Shown here piece after piece: positions 54,534-64,000 of a DNA stretch of 64,000 bases (the stretch's first letter is position 1; each line of letters begins with the position of its first letter). The stretch spans positions 223-64,222 of the forward strand of contig JAYTCW010000164.1 in assembly GCA_043736295.1 (NCBI GenBank). Reading direction: 5' to 3'. The DNA is from Planctomycetota bacterium. GTDB lineage: Bacteria > Planctomycetota > Planctomycetia > Planctomycetales > Planctomycetaceae. A program made the position numbers and the translations under genes. The notes below the pieces were generated by a model, which was not told the origin of the DNA, did no database searches, and worked only from the letters and a program-made list of their open reading frames with translations.

Positions 54534-55217
54534 ATGAACTACCTCGCCCACGGCATTCGCTTCCTCGACCGCCCCTACTTCATGGCGGGCACAGCTGTGC
54601 CCGATATGTTGTCAGTGGTGGATCGCCGGGTGCGGATGCGGACGAAGCGGATCGAGCCGCTCTTGCCTGAGTGGCCAACGGGGTCTCCCGAGCACGAAGT
54701 CGCGCTGGGGATCTTGCAGCACCTCTCCGATGACGACTGGTTCCATACCACCCTGGGATTTAGTGACATCACTGGACGGATGGCTGGGCTGTTTCGCGCG
54801 GCATTGCCGGACGACCGATTCCTCAATGGGTTCCTGGGGCATATCGTCACGGAGTTGCTGATCGATGCCGAACTGTCTGAGCGACACCCTTTGCATTTGG
54901 AGAGGTACTATCACGCCATGCAGACCGTCGACCCGCAGGTGGTACAACGAGTCGTCAACGCCTGCTCACGCGAATCGACTGACCAGCTGGCCGGGTTCAT
55001 CCCGCTGTTCATTGCTGAGGGGTTTCTGCGGGATTACCGCGACTCGGCGAAACTCCTGCGCCGACTGAATCAGGTGATGAAACGAGTCAAGCTGGAGAGT
55101 CTGCCCACAGGCACGATCGAGGTTCTGGATGCGGGAAGGGCTTTAGTCGCCTCTCATTTGGCCGACCTGTTGCCTCCTGATCGGTTTGAGTGGGCTGAGT
55201 GGAGAATCGTCCGATGA
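54534..55217 (+). CDS. Acyl carrier protein phosphodiesterase (AcpH)-like protein
   Basis: The N-terminus MNYLAHGIRFL... with later LQHLSDDDWFH and GHIVTELLID matches the AcpH (DUF479) pattern as I remember it. Confidence 0.5.
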   Translation: MNYLAHGIRFLDRPYFMAGTAVPDMLSVVDRRVRMRTKRIEPLLPEWPTGSPEHEVALGILQHLSDDDWFHTTLGFSDITGRMAGLFRAALPDDRFLNGFLGHIVTELLIDAELSERHPLHLERYYHAMQTVDPQVVQRVVNACSRESTDQLAGFIPLFIAEGFLRDYRDSAKLLRRLNQVMKRVKLESLPTGTIEVLDAGRALVASHLADLLPPDRFEWAEWRIVR

Positions 55218-55501
55218 GCAGCCCCCAATTCGTAGGTATCCATCAATTATCGGAGTCGAGTTTGCAGAGTTCGGCGAGCTCCCGGCGTGAGCCGGGATGT
55301 TCGGGCGAGAGTACATCCGCTGGCCAGAGTGGAAGGTGGCGACCTGATTGACCGCAACACACTTGATTCCAGGGGCGACGAGGTTGGGCTTGAACACCCC
55401 GGCTCACGCCAGGGGCTCGCCGGAGTGTCTCATTCCACGCCACGCGGAGTATAGTGAGCTGATGAAACCGATGCTCCGAAGCAATCCAGGAGTGGACCCC
55501 C

Positions 55502-56968
55502 ATGCACATCACCTGTCCCGAATGCCGAGCGACCTTGGAACCGGACGAGATCGATCGCGATCTTCGCAAGTGCCCGCTCTGTTCGGCTTCGCTGGCTGAT
55601 GTCGACTTGTCAGCTGTGGAAGATCAGCTGGGGAGCGAGGACGAGGCCATCGCCGGGAACCCGCTGCCTGCGGAGACTGATTCTTACTCCGAGAACAGCG
55701 TCGCGGCCACGGGGCGGCAGGTGGAGATCATCGAACGATCAGCCACCCGGCTGGTGGCACATCTGCCACCGTCGGCCAGTGGGTCGGGCGGGCTGGGGTT
55801 CTTTGTGATCCTGTGGAACGGGTTCATGGTGATATTCACGGGGGTCGGTGGGGCAATCCTGCGACACAAGGGGGGCGGTATCGAGTTGCTGCCGCTGATT
55901 TTTGTGGGGGTCTTCTGGCTGGTCGGGATCGGAATAGCGATTGCATGGGTCAAGGTGCGATTCACGCGGCTCTATCTGTTGCTGGAGCGGGACCGGCTGG
56001 TTGTGCAGCGGAAGTTGTTCCGGACGACTAATCATGAACTGTTACTCGGACCGGAGTCGCAAGCCTCGCTGGAGGAGAGCTATGCGATGAACGATGTCCC
56101 GGTCTATGCCGTCACGATTCAGGGAGCGAGTCGTAAGGAATCGTTTGGCACTGGACTCCAGCCTTCTGACAAGGAGTTCCTGGCCCGCGAGATCAACCAG
56201 TTTCTGGGGGTCGAAAAGCCAATCCTGATCGCTTCTCCTGCGGATACGGTCTGTCCGGGTTGTGGGGTTGTTCGTCCCGGGTCGCGAGATTCTTCCCCGT
56301 CCGAATCAGCGTTCTGCGCTGTCTGTCAACTGAAGGCTGAGCAGTCGGGCACACAGTCCCTGTGGCCTCCTCTGCGGGCGAATAGCTCGGAAGAACTGCC
56401 TGCCGAGCTGGAGGTTGATGAGACAGATCCAGACCGAGTGGTGATTACGTGGCCATTGATACCGCCCAGCGGATTCCAGCGCGTGGCGTCCACCATCGTC
56501 ACGATGTTCGCACTGCTGTGGTCGGGCATGGTGTTGTGGATCACCATTCAGTCTGTGATGCAGGCAGGTGGAGTGCAACAAGCCTCGACGGTTCTCATGG
56601 GACTCGCCTTTTTGATACCAGTCCTGTTGATCGTGGGAGTGATTCACGCTTTGAAACGGGGGCTGATTACGATTTCGTTGAGCCCAGAACTCGTCCGCAT
56701 GAGTTGGGGCTGGGGGCCAGTGACGATTCGCAAGCAGTTCCTGCCCGAGACGATCACCGCCTGCTGCATGATTGGCAGCAAATCAAGCGGAGAAGCGAGC
56801 CGCCCAGAGCGCAGGACGAATGCCTCCCCCGTGGCGTTTCCCGCACTCCAAGCGGGCGGCACGCCGTACCCGTTGATCACAATCCACGGGGCCGCCTACG
56901 GGCAGAAGGTGATTCGACTGGTGCGGACTTATCTGGAGCAGGTGACGGGCCGCACTCTGCCGGACTGA
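55502..56968 (+). CDS. Membrane protein with two zinc-ribbon + 2-TM modules (hypothetical)
   Basis: CPEC..(N17)..CPLC, then two TM segments. A second CPGC...CAVC is followed by two more TM segments, suggesting an internal duplication. Confidence 0.5.
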   Translation: MHITCPECRATLEPDEIDRDLRKCPLCSASLADVDLSAVEDQLGSEDEAIAGNPLPAETDSYSENSVAATGRQVEIIERSATRLVAHLPPSASGSGGLGFFVILWNGFMVIFTGVGGAILRHKGGGIELLPLIFVGVFWLVGIGIAIAWVKVRFTRLYLLLERDRLVVQRKLFRTTNHELLLGPESQASLEESYAMNDVPVYAVTIQGASRKESFGTGLQPSDKEFLAREINQFLGVEKPILIASPADTVCPGCGVVRPGSRDSSPSESAFCAVCQLKAEQSGTQSLWPPLRANSSEELPAELEVDETDPDRVVITWPLIPPSGFQRVASTIVTMFALLWSGMVLWITIQSVMQAGGVQQASTVLMGLAFLIPVLLIVGVIHALKRGLITISLSPELVRMSWGWGPVTIRKQFLPETITACCMIGSKSSGEASRPERRTNASPVAFPALQAGGTPYPLITIHGAAYGQKVIRLVRTYLEQVTGRTLPD

Positions 56969-57245
56969 GGCAAATTGGCTAGCCTCGGCCCTCTTCAGCC
57001 AGCGTTCTCCGAGTCGGTCGGCCCCCTAGAGAGGTCAGAGTCGCCACCCCGACGAGCAGGATGGCAGAGAGACCATGATCGCCCTCCATTCTGAGTCGCC
57101 GTTGGCATTTCGTCTCACTGTGCAGAACAGTTGTGTCCTGGTGACACACTCTGGCACACAGTCTTTTTGTTGACGCCTCGCACTCGGCTTTGTGATAGGA
57201 TGCCCCCGCGCTCGCTGGTTGTCGGATATCGAAAGTCAAACTGTC

Positions 57246-58058
57246 ATGTGGATTCGTGTCGGGTATGAAGTCGTCCTTCTGTTCGAGAAGCCGACGCCTC
57301 TGTTGGTGGTGGGATCCATTCACCCCACCGCGGCGCACTGCATCCGGAAGCCTGAATGTCTGGTTGTCGAACCGCGGGTTCCGATCTCGGAATACCTCGA
57401 TAGTTTTGGCAATCGCTGTTCGCGCCTGGTAGCTCCCGCAGGGCGAGTCGTCTTCAAGAACGACGCCACAATCGAGAATTCCGGTCAGCCAGATGTGCAG
57501 GTGGTCAACGCCCACCAGCACGCGGTGGAGGATCTCCCGGACGATGTCTTGGTCTTCCTGTTGGCGAGTCGCTACTGCGAGGTCGACAGCGAACTCCGCG
57601 ATATCGCCTGGAACCAGTTTGGCCATCTGCCCGCCGGGTGGTCGCTGGTGCAGGCGGTCTGCAATTTCGTCCACCGCCATATTCGCTTCGACTATCAGCT
57701 GGCTCGGGCCAATCGCACGGCCCATGAAGTGTTTCGCGAGCAGGTCGGTGTGTGCCGCGATTTCATGCACCTGGCGATTACATTCTGTCGCAGCTTGAAC
57801 ATCCCGGCCCGCTATTGCACCGGTTATCTCGGCGACATCGGTGTGCCGCCCGTAGCGTGTCCCATGGATTTCAGCGCGTGGTTCGAGGTCTATCTGGGGG
57901 GTGCGTGGTACACCTTCGATGCGCGGAACAACATCCCGCGCATCGGGCGGGTGCTGATGGCTCGCGGTCGCGACGCCGCCGACGTGGCTCTGACCACCAC
58001 GTTTGGCAGAAATCAACTGCAGACGTTCAAGGTCTGGACCGATCCCGTGCGGGCGTGA
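57246..58058 (+). CDS. Transglutaminase-like cysteine protease family protein
   Basis: GVCRDFMHLAITFCRSLNIPARYCTGYL...WFEVYLGGAWYTFDARN carries the transglutaminase core Cys/His/Asp motifs. I preferred it to the antisense 362-aa ORF. Confidence 0.8.
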   Translation: MWIRVGYEVVLLFEKPTPLLVVGSIHPTAAHCIRKPECLVVEPRVPISEYLDSFGNRCSRLVAPAGRVVFKNDATIENSGQPDVQVVNAHQHAVEDLPDDVLVFLLASRYCEVDSELRDIAWNQFGHLPAGWSLVQAVCNFVHRHIRFDYQLARANRTAHEVFREQVGVCRDFMHLAITFCRSLNIPARYCTGYLGDIGVPPVACPMDFSAWFEVYLGGAWYTFDARNNIPRIGRVLMARGRDAADVALTTTFGRNQLQTFKVWTDPVRA

Positions 58059-58211
58059 CGCCTTCAAGCCTCGCGCGAGGTCTTGACATCGGGGTGAAAG
58101 ACTTCTCTGATTTTCTCGCCCCCCACTGGCGTCTGGTCCAGAGGCGACATAACCTTGCTAGCTTGGTTCTGCGCTCTCGGTGCGCGCGGAGCAACCAGCC
58201 AGGGGGACGCT

Positions 58212-61200
58212 ATGTTTGATGTTCGACCGGCGACTTGTGTCGCTCGCTCTGCGGTGATCCGTGTCGCCCTTCTGCTGAGTTTGACTGCTCTCTCCGCATT
58301 CGTCCTAGTTGCGGTTCACGCTGGACTGATGGCAGCTGACCTCCCTCCGGAAACCGGGCATCCGACGGGGTTTCATCCGCGAGTGGTGGCCATTCAGGGG
58401 GCGAAGCTGGTGACGGCTCCCGGCCAGGTCATCGAAGGCGGGACGCTGGTCATCCGTGACGGAATGATCGTCGCGGTCGGCAAGGATGTCGTCATCCCGG
58501 CGGGGGCGGAGATCATTCCCGGTGCGGGCTTGGTGGTCTATCCAGGGTTCATCGATGCGGCGGGAGAGGCCAAGCTCAAGCCGACTTCTCCCGGCCCCAA
58601 TGCCGGTCGAACGGTTCACTTTGACGAGAACCTGCTGGCCGCCACCCCTACGGACAACCGACGTGGGATGACTCCGGAGCTGCAAGTCGGCGAGCACGCC
58701 CTCCGTGACGCCGAGTTCCAAGCGGCCCGCCGCAAGGCCGGAATCACCGATGTTCATCTCGTTCACTTCGCCCCCATTGCGGGCGGACAGACCGCACTCG
58801 TGAGCCTCTCCGGATTACCCGCTCGCGAGTCGGTTCTCTGGTCGGGGGGCATGTCCTCATTCCAGTTGGCTGCTCCAGCGGAGCAGGGGGACTCGCACCT
58901 TTCGTACCCGCTCACTCTGATGGGAGCCACGTCGCATCTGCGGCAGGCCCTCCTCGATGCTGCCCATTACCGCGAGCATCTGGCACTCGCCGAAAAGTTC
59001 CCGGCACAGATCTCGCACCCGCATGAAGATCCGGTACTGAGCGCGCTGTCGCAGGTGTTGGCCAATGAGACATCGCCGCTGTTCCTCGTCCCTCACTCTG
59101 CGGGCCGCGACGAACTCGACCGGGCGCTCGACTTCAGCGAGGAGTTCAAGCTCGATCCCGTCCTCTGCATGGGCACCGAACCGTTCGCAACTGTCGACCG
59201 CATCGTGGCCACCAGGTGCGACGTGATTCTGTCGCTCGATCTGGGCGAGAAGCCGAAGTTCGCTGTGAAGGACAAGCACAAAGACAAGGACCACGAGCAG
59301 AAGGTCTCGAAGGTCGATGGTCTGCGTGTCGAGGTCGAACCGCCCCAGCGCTACCAGGACGACCGGCTGGCCCACTGGAAGAAGCGGGCCGCGCTGCCGG
59401 GCCAGTTGGCCGCGAAGGGGGTTCGCATCGCGTTCTCGTCCAAGGGGCTCAAGCAGCCCAGCGACTGGCTGGAGCAGGTAAGGCTGCATATGGAACACGG
59501 GCTGACCGAGGACCAGGCGGTGGCGGGACTCACTCGCGATGCCGCCGAGATACTGGGTGTCGAGTCGCAACTCGGCACGCTGGAGTCGGGCAAGCGGGGG
59601 CACGTGGTCGTCCTCAGTGGACCGCTGGCGGACAAGGGGGCCAAGGTCCGGTACGTGCTGCTGGACGGCCTGACATACGAGTTCAATAAGCCCAAGGCCA
59701 GCGACGACAAAGATGCCGCTCCACCCGCCGCTCAATTGACCGGGCACTGGGACATGAAGATCGAGTCCGGTAAGCAGCCGACCGAAGCCACGCTGGACCT
59801 GGCCCAGGACGGGAATCGCCTCACCGGAACTCTGAGCAGTGAGTCCGGCGAGGGGCGCATCGCCAGCGGCTCGATCAGCGGCAAGGACGTGAAGTTCACC
59901 GTCGAGATCGGGGCCGGGGACAAGACGATCGAACTCAAGTTCGTCGGCACCGTCGATGAGAAGACCCAGCTGAGCGGGACGCTGGAGTCGGCGTTCGGGG
60001 CACCGGCGAAGTGGTCGGCGACTCGGGTGGGAGCCGTCGAAGAGAAGCCGAAGTCGGATGCTGACAAGCCGGGGGAGAAGTCCTCGGACGCCGCCGCAGT
60101 CATCCAGTTGAAACTCGACGAAACGGAACCAGAGACTCCGACCGACACGCCGAAAGAAGCCAACGGCCCGAAGACCGACGACCAGGCGAAGACCGATCCG
60201 ATCAAGGAGGACGACGAGTCGAAATCTTCCACCAAGTCCCCTTCCGGAAAAGACGACAAGGACAAGTACGGCAAGGATCGAGGCAAGATCGTTCCCGAGT
60301 ATCCGACCGAACTGGAGAGCGACCGCCTACCGAAAGCGGACCCGAACGGCGGCAATGTCCTCATTCGCGGCGGCACGATCTTCACCGGCACCGGCGAGGT
60401 GTTGGAAAACGCTTCGGTCCTGATCGAGCACGGGAAGATCAAAGCCATCGGCCCCGACCTTGCCGCCCCCGAAGGGGTTCGCGTCATCGAAGCCAAGGGC
60501 CGGTTCATCATCCCCGGCCTGATCGACACGCACAGCCACATCATGATTGAGGGCGGCGTCAACGAGCATTCGCAGTCGGTGGTCTGCGAGGTGCGTATTA
60601 AGGACACCATCCGCTCCAACGATGTGCAGGAGTACCGCGCGCTCGCGGGCGGCCTGACCACCGCGAGGCTCTTGCACGGGTCGGCGAACACCATCGGTGG
60701 GCAAGATGCCGTGGTGAAGATGAAGGTCGGGCAGACTGCTCGCGAGCACCTGTTTGAGGCCGGTCCCCAGGGGGTGAAGTTTGCCCTTGGTGAGAACGTC
60801 AAGCGGAAGGGCGGGCGGTTCCCGAACACGCGATTGGGTGTCGAGGCGGTCTTGCAACGGGCATTCTTCGAGGCCCTCGACTATCGCCGCCAGTGGATGG
60901 ATTACGACCGCGAGAAGAAGGCCAAGGGGGATCAAGCGGGCGTCCTCTCTCCGCGCCGCGACCTGCGGCTCGATGAACTCGTCGACATCCTCGAACATCG
61001 CACTCTGATCCACAGCCACTGCTACCGGGCCGACGAAATCCTCATGCTGCTACGCACCGCAGAAGGGCACGGCATCCGCGTCCAGTCGTTGCAACATGTA
61101 CTGGAGGGATACAAGATCGCCCCCGAGATTGCCAAGCACGGGGCCAGCTGCAGTACCTTCGCTGACTGGTGGGCGTATAAGATTGAAGCCTACGACGCGA

Positions 61201-62846
61201 CACCGTTCAACACGTCGATGCTGCGTGACGCCGGGGTCAACACGGTGGTGAAGAGCGATGACGCGGAACTGATCCGGCAGATGAATCTGGAGGCGGCCAA
61301 GTCGCTCAAGTACGGCAACATGCCGGTGCAGGACGCCTTGCAAATGGTCACGCGGAACCCCGCCCGCGAGTTGGGAATTCAGAGCCGGATTGGCACGCTC
61401 GAAGTCGGCAAGGACGGCGATGTGGCGATCTATAACGGCCATCCGTTCAGCCCGTTCTCGCGCGTCGAGATGACTCTCATCGAAGGGGAGGTTCGGTTCC
61501 AGCGCGACCGGCACCCGACCGCGATGACGGCCAAGGGGCAAGAGCGGACCGCCAAGGTGGCTCCGTTTGAACTGGCCGCTCCCGAGGTCCGCGCGAAGAA
61601 GCTGGAGATTCGGGAGTCGCTGATGCGGCTGCCTGGGGAGTTGCTCGATCGCGGGGATGATCGCGGATTGCGAGCCCCCTCGACTCACCTCCCCTACGCG
61701 ATCATCGGAGCCACGATCCACCCGGTCGACAAGCCCGACATTATCGGCGGCACAGTGGTCGTACGAAACGGGAAGATCGATTTAATTCTGGAAGGCCCCG
61801 GAGCGCCAGCCGATGTGCAGATCATCAACGCGAGCGGTCTGCATCTCTATCCCGGACTGATCGACGCGGGCACCACACTGGGCATTGCGGAAATCGAACT
61901 GGTCGAGGTCACGCAGGACGCCGCCGAGATCGGGCGGTTCCAACCCGACCTCCGCGCGGGGATCGCCGTCAATGTCGAGAGCGAACTCGTCGAGGTCGCC
62001 AGGGCCGGGGGGATCACCTCCGCGTTTCTGCGGCCCCAAGGCGGCATCATCGGCGGGCAATGCTCGCTGATTCAGACCGCGGGCTGGACCCCCGAAGAGA
62101 TGGTCCGCAACTACACCGCTGGGCTATCACTCAACTGGCCCGAGGACGACGAGAGGCAACAGCGGCTGGCCCGGTTCCTCAAGGAGTGCCGCTTGTACGA
62201 TGCCGCCCGCTCGAACAAAGAGACGGCGAACACCGTACTGAAAGACCCCCGCTACGAGGCCATGCGCCCCTACGTCACCGGTAAGAAACGCATCTTCGTC
62301 GAAGCCCACAGCCGCCAGCAGATCGCCGGGGCGCTGATCTGGGCCGAGGAAGAGAAACTCAAGATCGTCATCACCGGCGGGACCGAAGCCTGGAAGCTGG
62401 GGCGCGCCCTCAAGGCTCGTAACGTGCCAGTCATCATCGGCCCAGTGATGCGGGCCCCGATGGAAAGCTGGGATCCGTACGACGCCCCGTATGCGAATCC
62501 CGGTCGACTGTTCGAAGCGGGCGTCCAGTTCTGCATCCGCTCCGACAACGCGAGCAATAGCCGCAACGCCCCCCTCGAAGCCGCGCGAGCTGTAGCGTTC
62601 GGACTACCGGAGTCCGAGGCTCTCAAGTCGGTCACGCTGCACGCCGCCCGCATCCTCGGGATCGACAAGGAGTGCGGCTCGATCACCGTCGGTAAACGCG
62701 CCGACCTGATCCTGACCGACGGCTCACCGCTCCAGACCACGACCCAGATCAAGGGCACCATCGCCGGCGGGCAACCCTTCGCCCCCGAGAGCCGCCAGAC
62801 CCGACTCTACGAGAAGTACCGCGCGAGGCTGACGCCGAAGGAGTAG
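58212..62846 (+). CDS. Fused triple amidohydrolase-fold protein (one intact, two degenerate metal sites) with signal/anchor and a K/D/E-rich linker
   Basis: I chose the start at MFDVRPATC.. (AGGGGGA upstream). Module 1 has VYPGFIDAAGE (no HxH), module 2 has IIPGLIDTHSHIMIEG (HxH intact), and module 3 has LYPGLIDAGTTLG (no HxH). The C-terminus VGKRADLILTDG is typical of the amidohydrolase fold. Confidence 0.8.
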   Translation: MFDVRPATCVARSAVIRVALLLSLTALSAFVLVAVHAGLMAADLPPETGHPTGFHPRVVAIQGAKLVTAPGQVIEGGTLVIRDGMIVAVGKDVVIPAGAEIIPGAGLVVYPGFIDAAGEAKLKPTSPGPNAGRTVHFDENLLAATPTDNRRGMTPELQVGEHALRDAEFQAARRKAGITDVHLVHFAPIAGGQTALVSLSGLPARESVLWSGGMSSFQLAAPAEQGDSHLSYPLTLMGATSHLRQALLDAAHYREHLALAEKFPAQISHPHEDPVLSALSQVLANETSPLFLVPHSAGRDELDRALDFSEEFKLDPVLCMGTEPFATVDRIVATRCDVILSLDLGEKPKFAVKDKHKDKDHEQKVSKVDGLRVEVEPPQRYQDDRLAHWKKRAALPGQLAAKGVRIAFSSKGLKQPSDWLEQVRLHMEHGLTEDQAVAGLTRDAAEILGVESQLGTLESGKRGHVVVLSGPLADKGAKVRYVLLDGLTYEFNKPKASDDKDAAPPAAQLTGHWDMKIESGKQPTEATLDLAQDGNRLTGTLSSESGEGRIASGSISGKDVKFTVEIGAGDKTIELKFVGTVDEKTQLSGTLESAFGAPAKWSATRVGAVEEKPKSDADKPGEKSSDAAAVIQLKLDETEPETPTDTPKEANGPKTDDQAKTDPIKEDDESKSSTKSPSGKDDKDKYGKDRGKIVPEYPTELESDRLPKADPNGGNVLIRGGTIFTGTGEVLENASVLIEHGKIKAIGPDLAAPEGVRVIEAKGRFIIPGLIDTHSHIMIEGGVNEHSQSVVCEVRIKDTIRSNDVQEYRALAGGLTTARLLHGSANTIGGQDAVVKMKVGQTAREHLFEAGPQGVKFALGENVKRKGGRFPNTRLGVEAVLQRAFFEALDYRRQWMDYDREKKAKGDQAGVLSPRRDLRLDELVDILEHRTLIHSHCYRADEILMLLRTAEGHGIRVQSLQHVLEGYKIAPEIAKHGASCSTFADWWAYKIEAYDATPFNTSMLRDAGVNTVVKSDDAELIRQMNLEAAKSLKYGNMPVQDALQMVTRNPARELGIQSRIGTLEVGKDGDVAIYNGHPFSPFSRVEMTLIEGEVRFQRDRHPTAMTAKGQERTAKVAPFELAAPEVRAKKLEIRESLMRLPGELLDRGDDRGLRAPSTHLPYAIIGATIHPVDKPDIIGGTVVVRNGKIDLILEGPGAPADVQIINASGLHLYPGLIDAGTTLGIAEIELVEVTQDAAEIGRFQPDLRAGIAVNVESELVEVARAGGITSAFLRPQGGIIGGQCSLIQTAGWTPEEMVRNYTAGLSLNWPEDDERQQRLARFLKECRLYDAARSNKETANTVLKDPRYEAMRPYVTGKKRIFVEAHSRQQIAGALIWAEEEKLKIVITGGTEAWKLGRALKARNVPVIIGPVMRAPMESWDPYDAPYANPGRLFEAGVQFCIRSDNASNSRNAPLEAARAVAFGLPESEALKSVTLHAARILGIDKECGSITVGKRADLILTDGSPLQTTTQIKGTIAGGQPFAPESRQTRLYEKYRARLTPKE

Positions 62847-63034
62847 GGCGTTACGATTAAGAAGTCCTCGGCAGGGTGGCCTAGACATCGCTTTGGATGT
62901 CTGGGTGACGTAGAAACAGGAGGGAAAAATGGCAAGCGTCTTCTCCGTTGCCTCTTGTTGTTGCACAACCCAAACGCTCAAAGCAGCGTCTGGGCCACCC
63001 CGCCAATGGATCGGTTGTCGCAAAGGAGTGTCAG

Positions 63035-64000
63035 ATGCACTGGAAGCTGTTATTTGTTGTTGCATTGGGCTGCATGCTGGTCTGCCCTGCGCCCGCCGAG
63101 GATCGCATTGAGAGTTGGTTGTCAGCGATTGATGGCAGCGATGAGGAAACGCGAGTCGCGGCCATCGATCGACTGGGCTCTCACAATTGGAGTACTGAGA
63201 GTCCTCAAGCGGCAGCGGTTCGTGCGCGGCTGGAGCCACTGCTTCAGGATGCCGACCCCAAGGTCTGTCAGGCCGCAACCTATGCGTACATGGCGATGGG
63301 GGGGCGACCGGAACTCGTTGAACCGTTGCTTCAGCACTCTGACATGAGAGTCGCCACCAGCGCTGCGAAAGCTCTTCTGGCTTACACCGACCGCGTCGAA
63401 CAACCCGTCGCCACCCTGGTGAAGGCGTATGCTCAACCTCACTTTGAAGCAATGACTGCATTTGGGCAGTTGTCCCCCGCGCTCACCCTGCCTGTGATGC
63501 ATGAACTGCTGTCACTCGCGGAGAAAGACCCCGACGAACACGAACCGGTCGATGAATTGCCACTCCGGCAGGTTCCCTGGATTATTCTCAGTACATATTT
63601 TGTCATGGATGCCGCGCATGCTCCTCGGTTGCTGATATTGTCGGAGAGTACCAATCGCTTTCATGTCATGATGGCAACGATGCTGATGGGAGGAGACCTG
63701 GCCCAGTTGCCGGAAGTTCAAGTTGCCTTCGCTCGTTTATTGAATCATTCGGACAAAGAAGTACGCCAGTTGGCAGCTATAGGACTGCTCACGACCCAGC
63801 CAAGTGACATACGTGCCTGGAGCGTGATTCGTGAACAGCTGCGAAGTTCAGACGATGAAGTGTCCCTTTCAGCGGCCATTGCATTAGGGGATTCGGGGGT
63901 GAATGGCCGACCCGTTCTGGCGGAGCTATTCCACGGCCTGCTGCATGAAGACCGGCAATACCGTGTCTACTTTCGCGATCCACTGGAGAATGTGGGCCCC
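63035..64000 (+). CDS. Secreted HEAT-repeat protein, N-terminal fragment (3' end outside the window; not in the supplied ORF track)
   Basis: AAAGGAG lies 7 nt upstream of ATG 63035. My manual translation is open for all 322 codons to nt 64000. Signal peptide MHWKLLFVVALGCMLVCPAPA. HEAT-like repeats DPKVCQAATYAY, SDMRVATSAAKAL, SDKEVRQLAAIGL and SDDEVSLSAAIALG. Confidence 0.7.
   Translation, partial: MHWKLLFVVALGCMLVCPAPAEDRIESWLSAIDGSDEETRVAAIDRLGSHNWSTESPQAAAVRARLEPLLQDADPKVCQAATYAYMAMGGRPELVEPLLQHSDMRVATSAAKALLAYTDRVEQPVATLVKAYAQPHFEAMTAFGQLSPALTLPVMHELLSLAEKDPDEHEPVDELPLRQVPWIILSTYFVMDAAHAPRLLILSESTNRFHVMMATMLMGGDLAQLPEVQVAFARLLNHSDKEVRQLAAIGLLTTQPSDIRAWSVIREQLRSSDDEVSLSAAIALGDSGVNGRPVLAELFHGLLHEDRQYRVYFRDPLENVGP

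Noticed and set aside
56979-58067. 362-aa minus-strand ORF
   Set aside because: It is antisense to the transglutaminase-like gene, which has clear catalytic motifs. The product is R/G/A/P-rich with no recognisable motif, a typical high-GC shadow ORF.

Overview
This is a 64-kb high-GC chromosomal window. Its gene content points to a Planctomycetota-like genome: a DUF1549/DUF1553 + DUF1501 pair, a PVC-type heme-binding giant protein, a GYF_2 protein, a multi-module amidohydrolase, and an exoprotein with an LExRxLF-type N-terminus. I call 38 protein-coding genes, two of them cut by the window edges. I saw no rRNA, tRNA or CRISPR by eye.

The stand-out region is about 1.3-28.3 kb. A minus-strand operon encodes, in order, a TolC-like channel, a truncated SecA-like ATPase, an HlyD adaptor, a GAF-HlyD adaptor and a PqqD-like/M50-protease/HlyD fusion. 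The SecA-like, HlyD and GAF-HlyD genes are joined by two ATGA overlaps, and two ~210-nt spacers carry ATCTGTG heptad palindromes. A convergent ABC exporter flanks the operon. On the other side it faces, divergently, an 11-kb gene for a 3,688-aa DUF4347/cadherin-like adhesin that has no signal peptide and a C-terminal membrane anchor. That gene is followed by a hybrid histidine kinase and a REC-HD-GYP regulator. I interpret this as a candidate, apparently undescribed, tripartite export/retention system for a giant adhesin that contains a SecA-type motor. This is inference and needs comparative genomics.

Other content:
- a DUF433/DUF5615 toxin-antitoxin pair
- a RayT-type Y1 transposase with four copies of a 35-nt REP-like repeat
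- a family of covarying GGTTGCAACC-centred terminator hairpins
- two composite palindromic intergenic elements
- a lower-GC glycan-biosynthesis gene cluster
- homopolymeric C tracts in and next to the adhesin gene
- a fused triple amidohydrolase

All family names come from motif recognition by eye. No searches were run.
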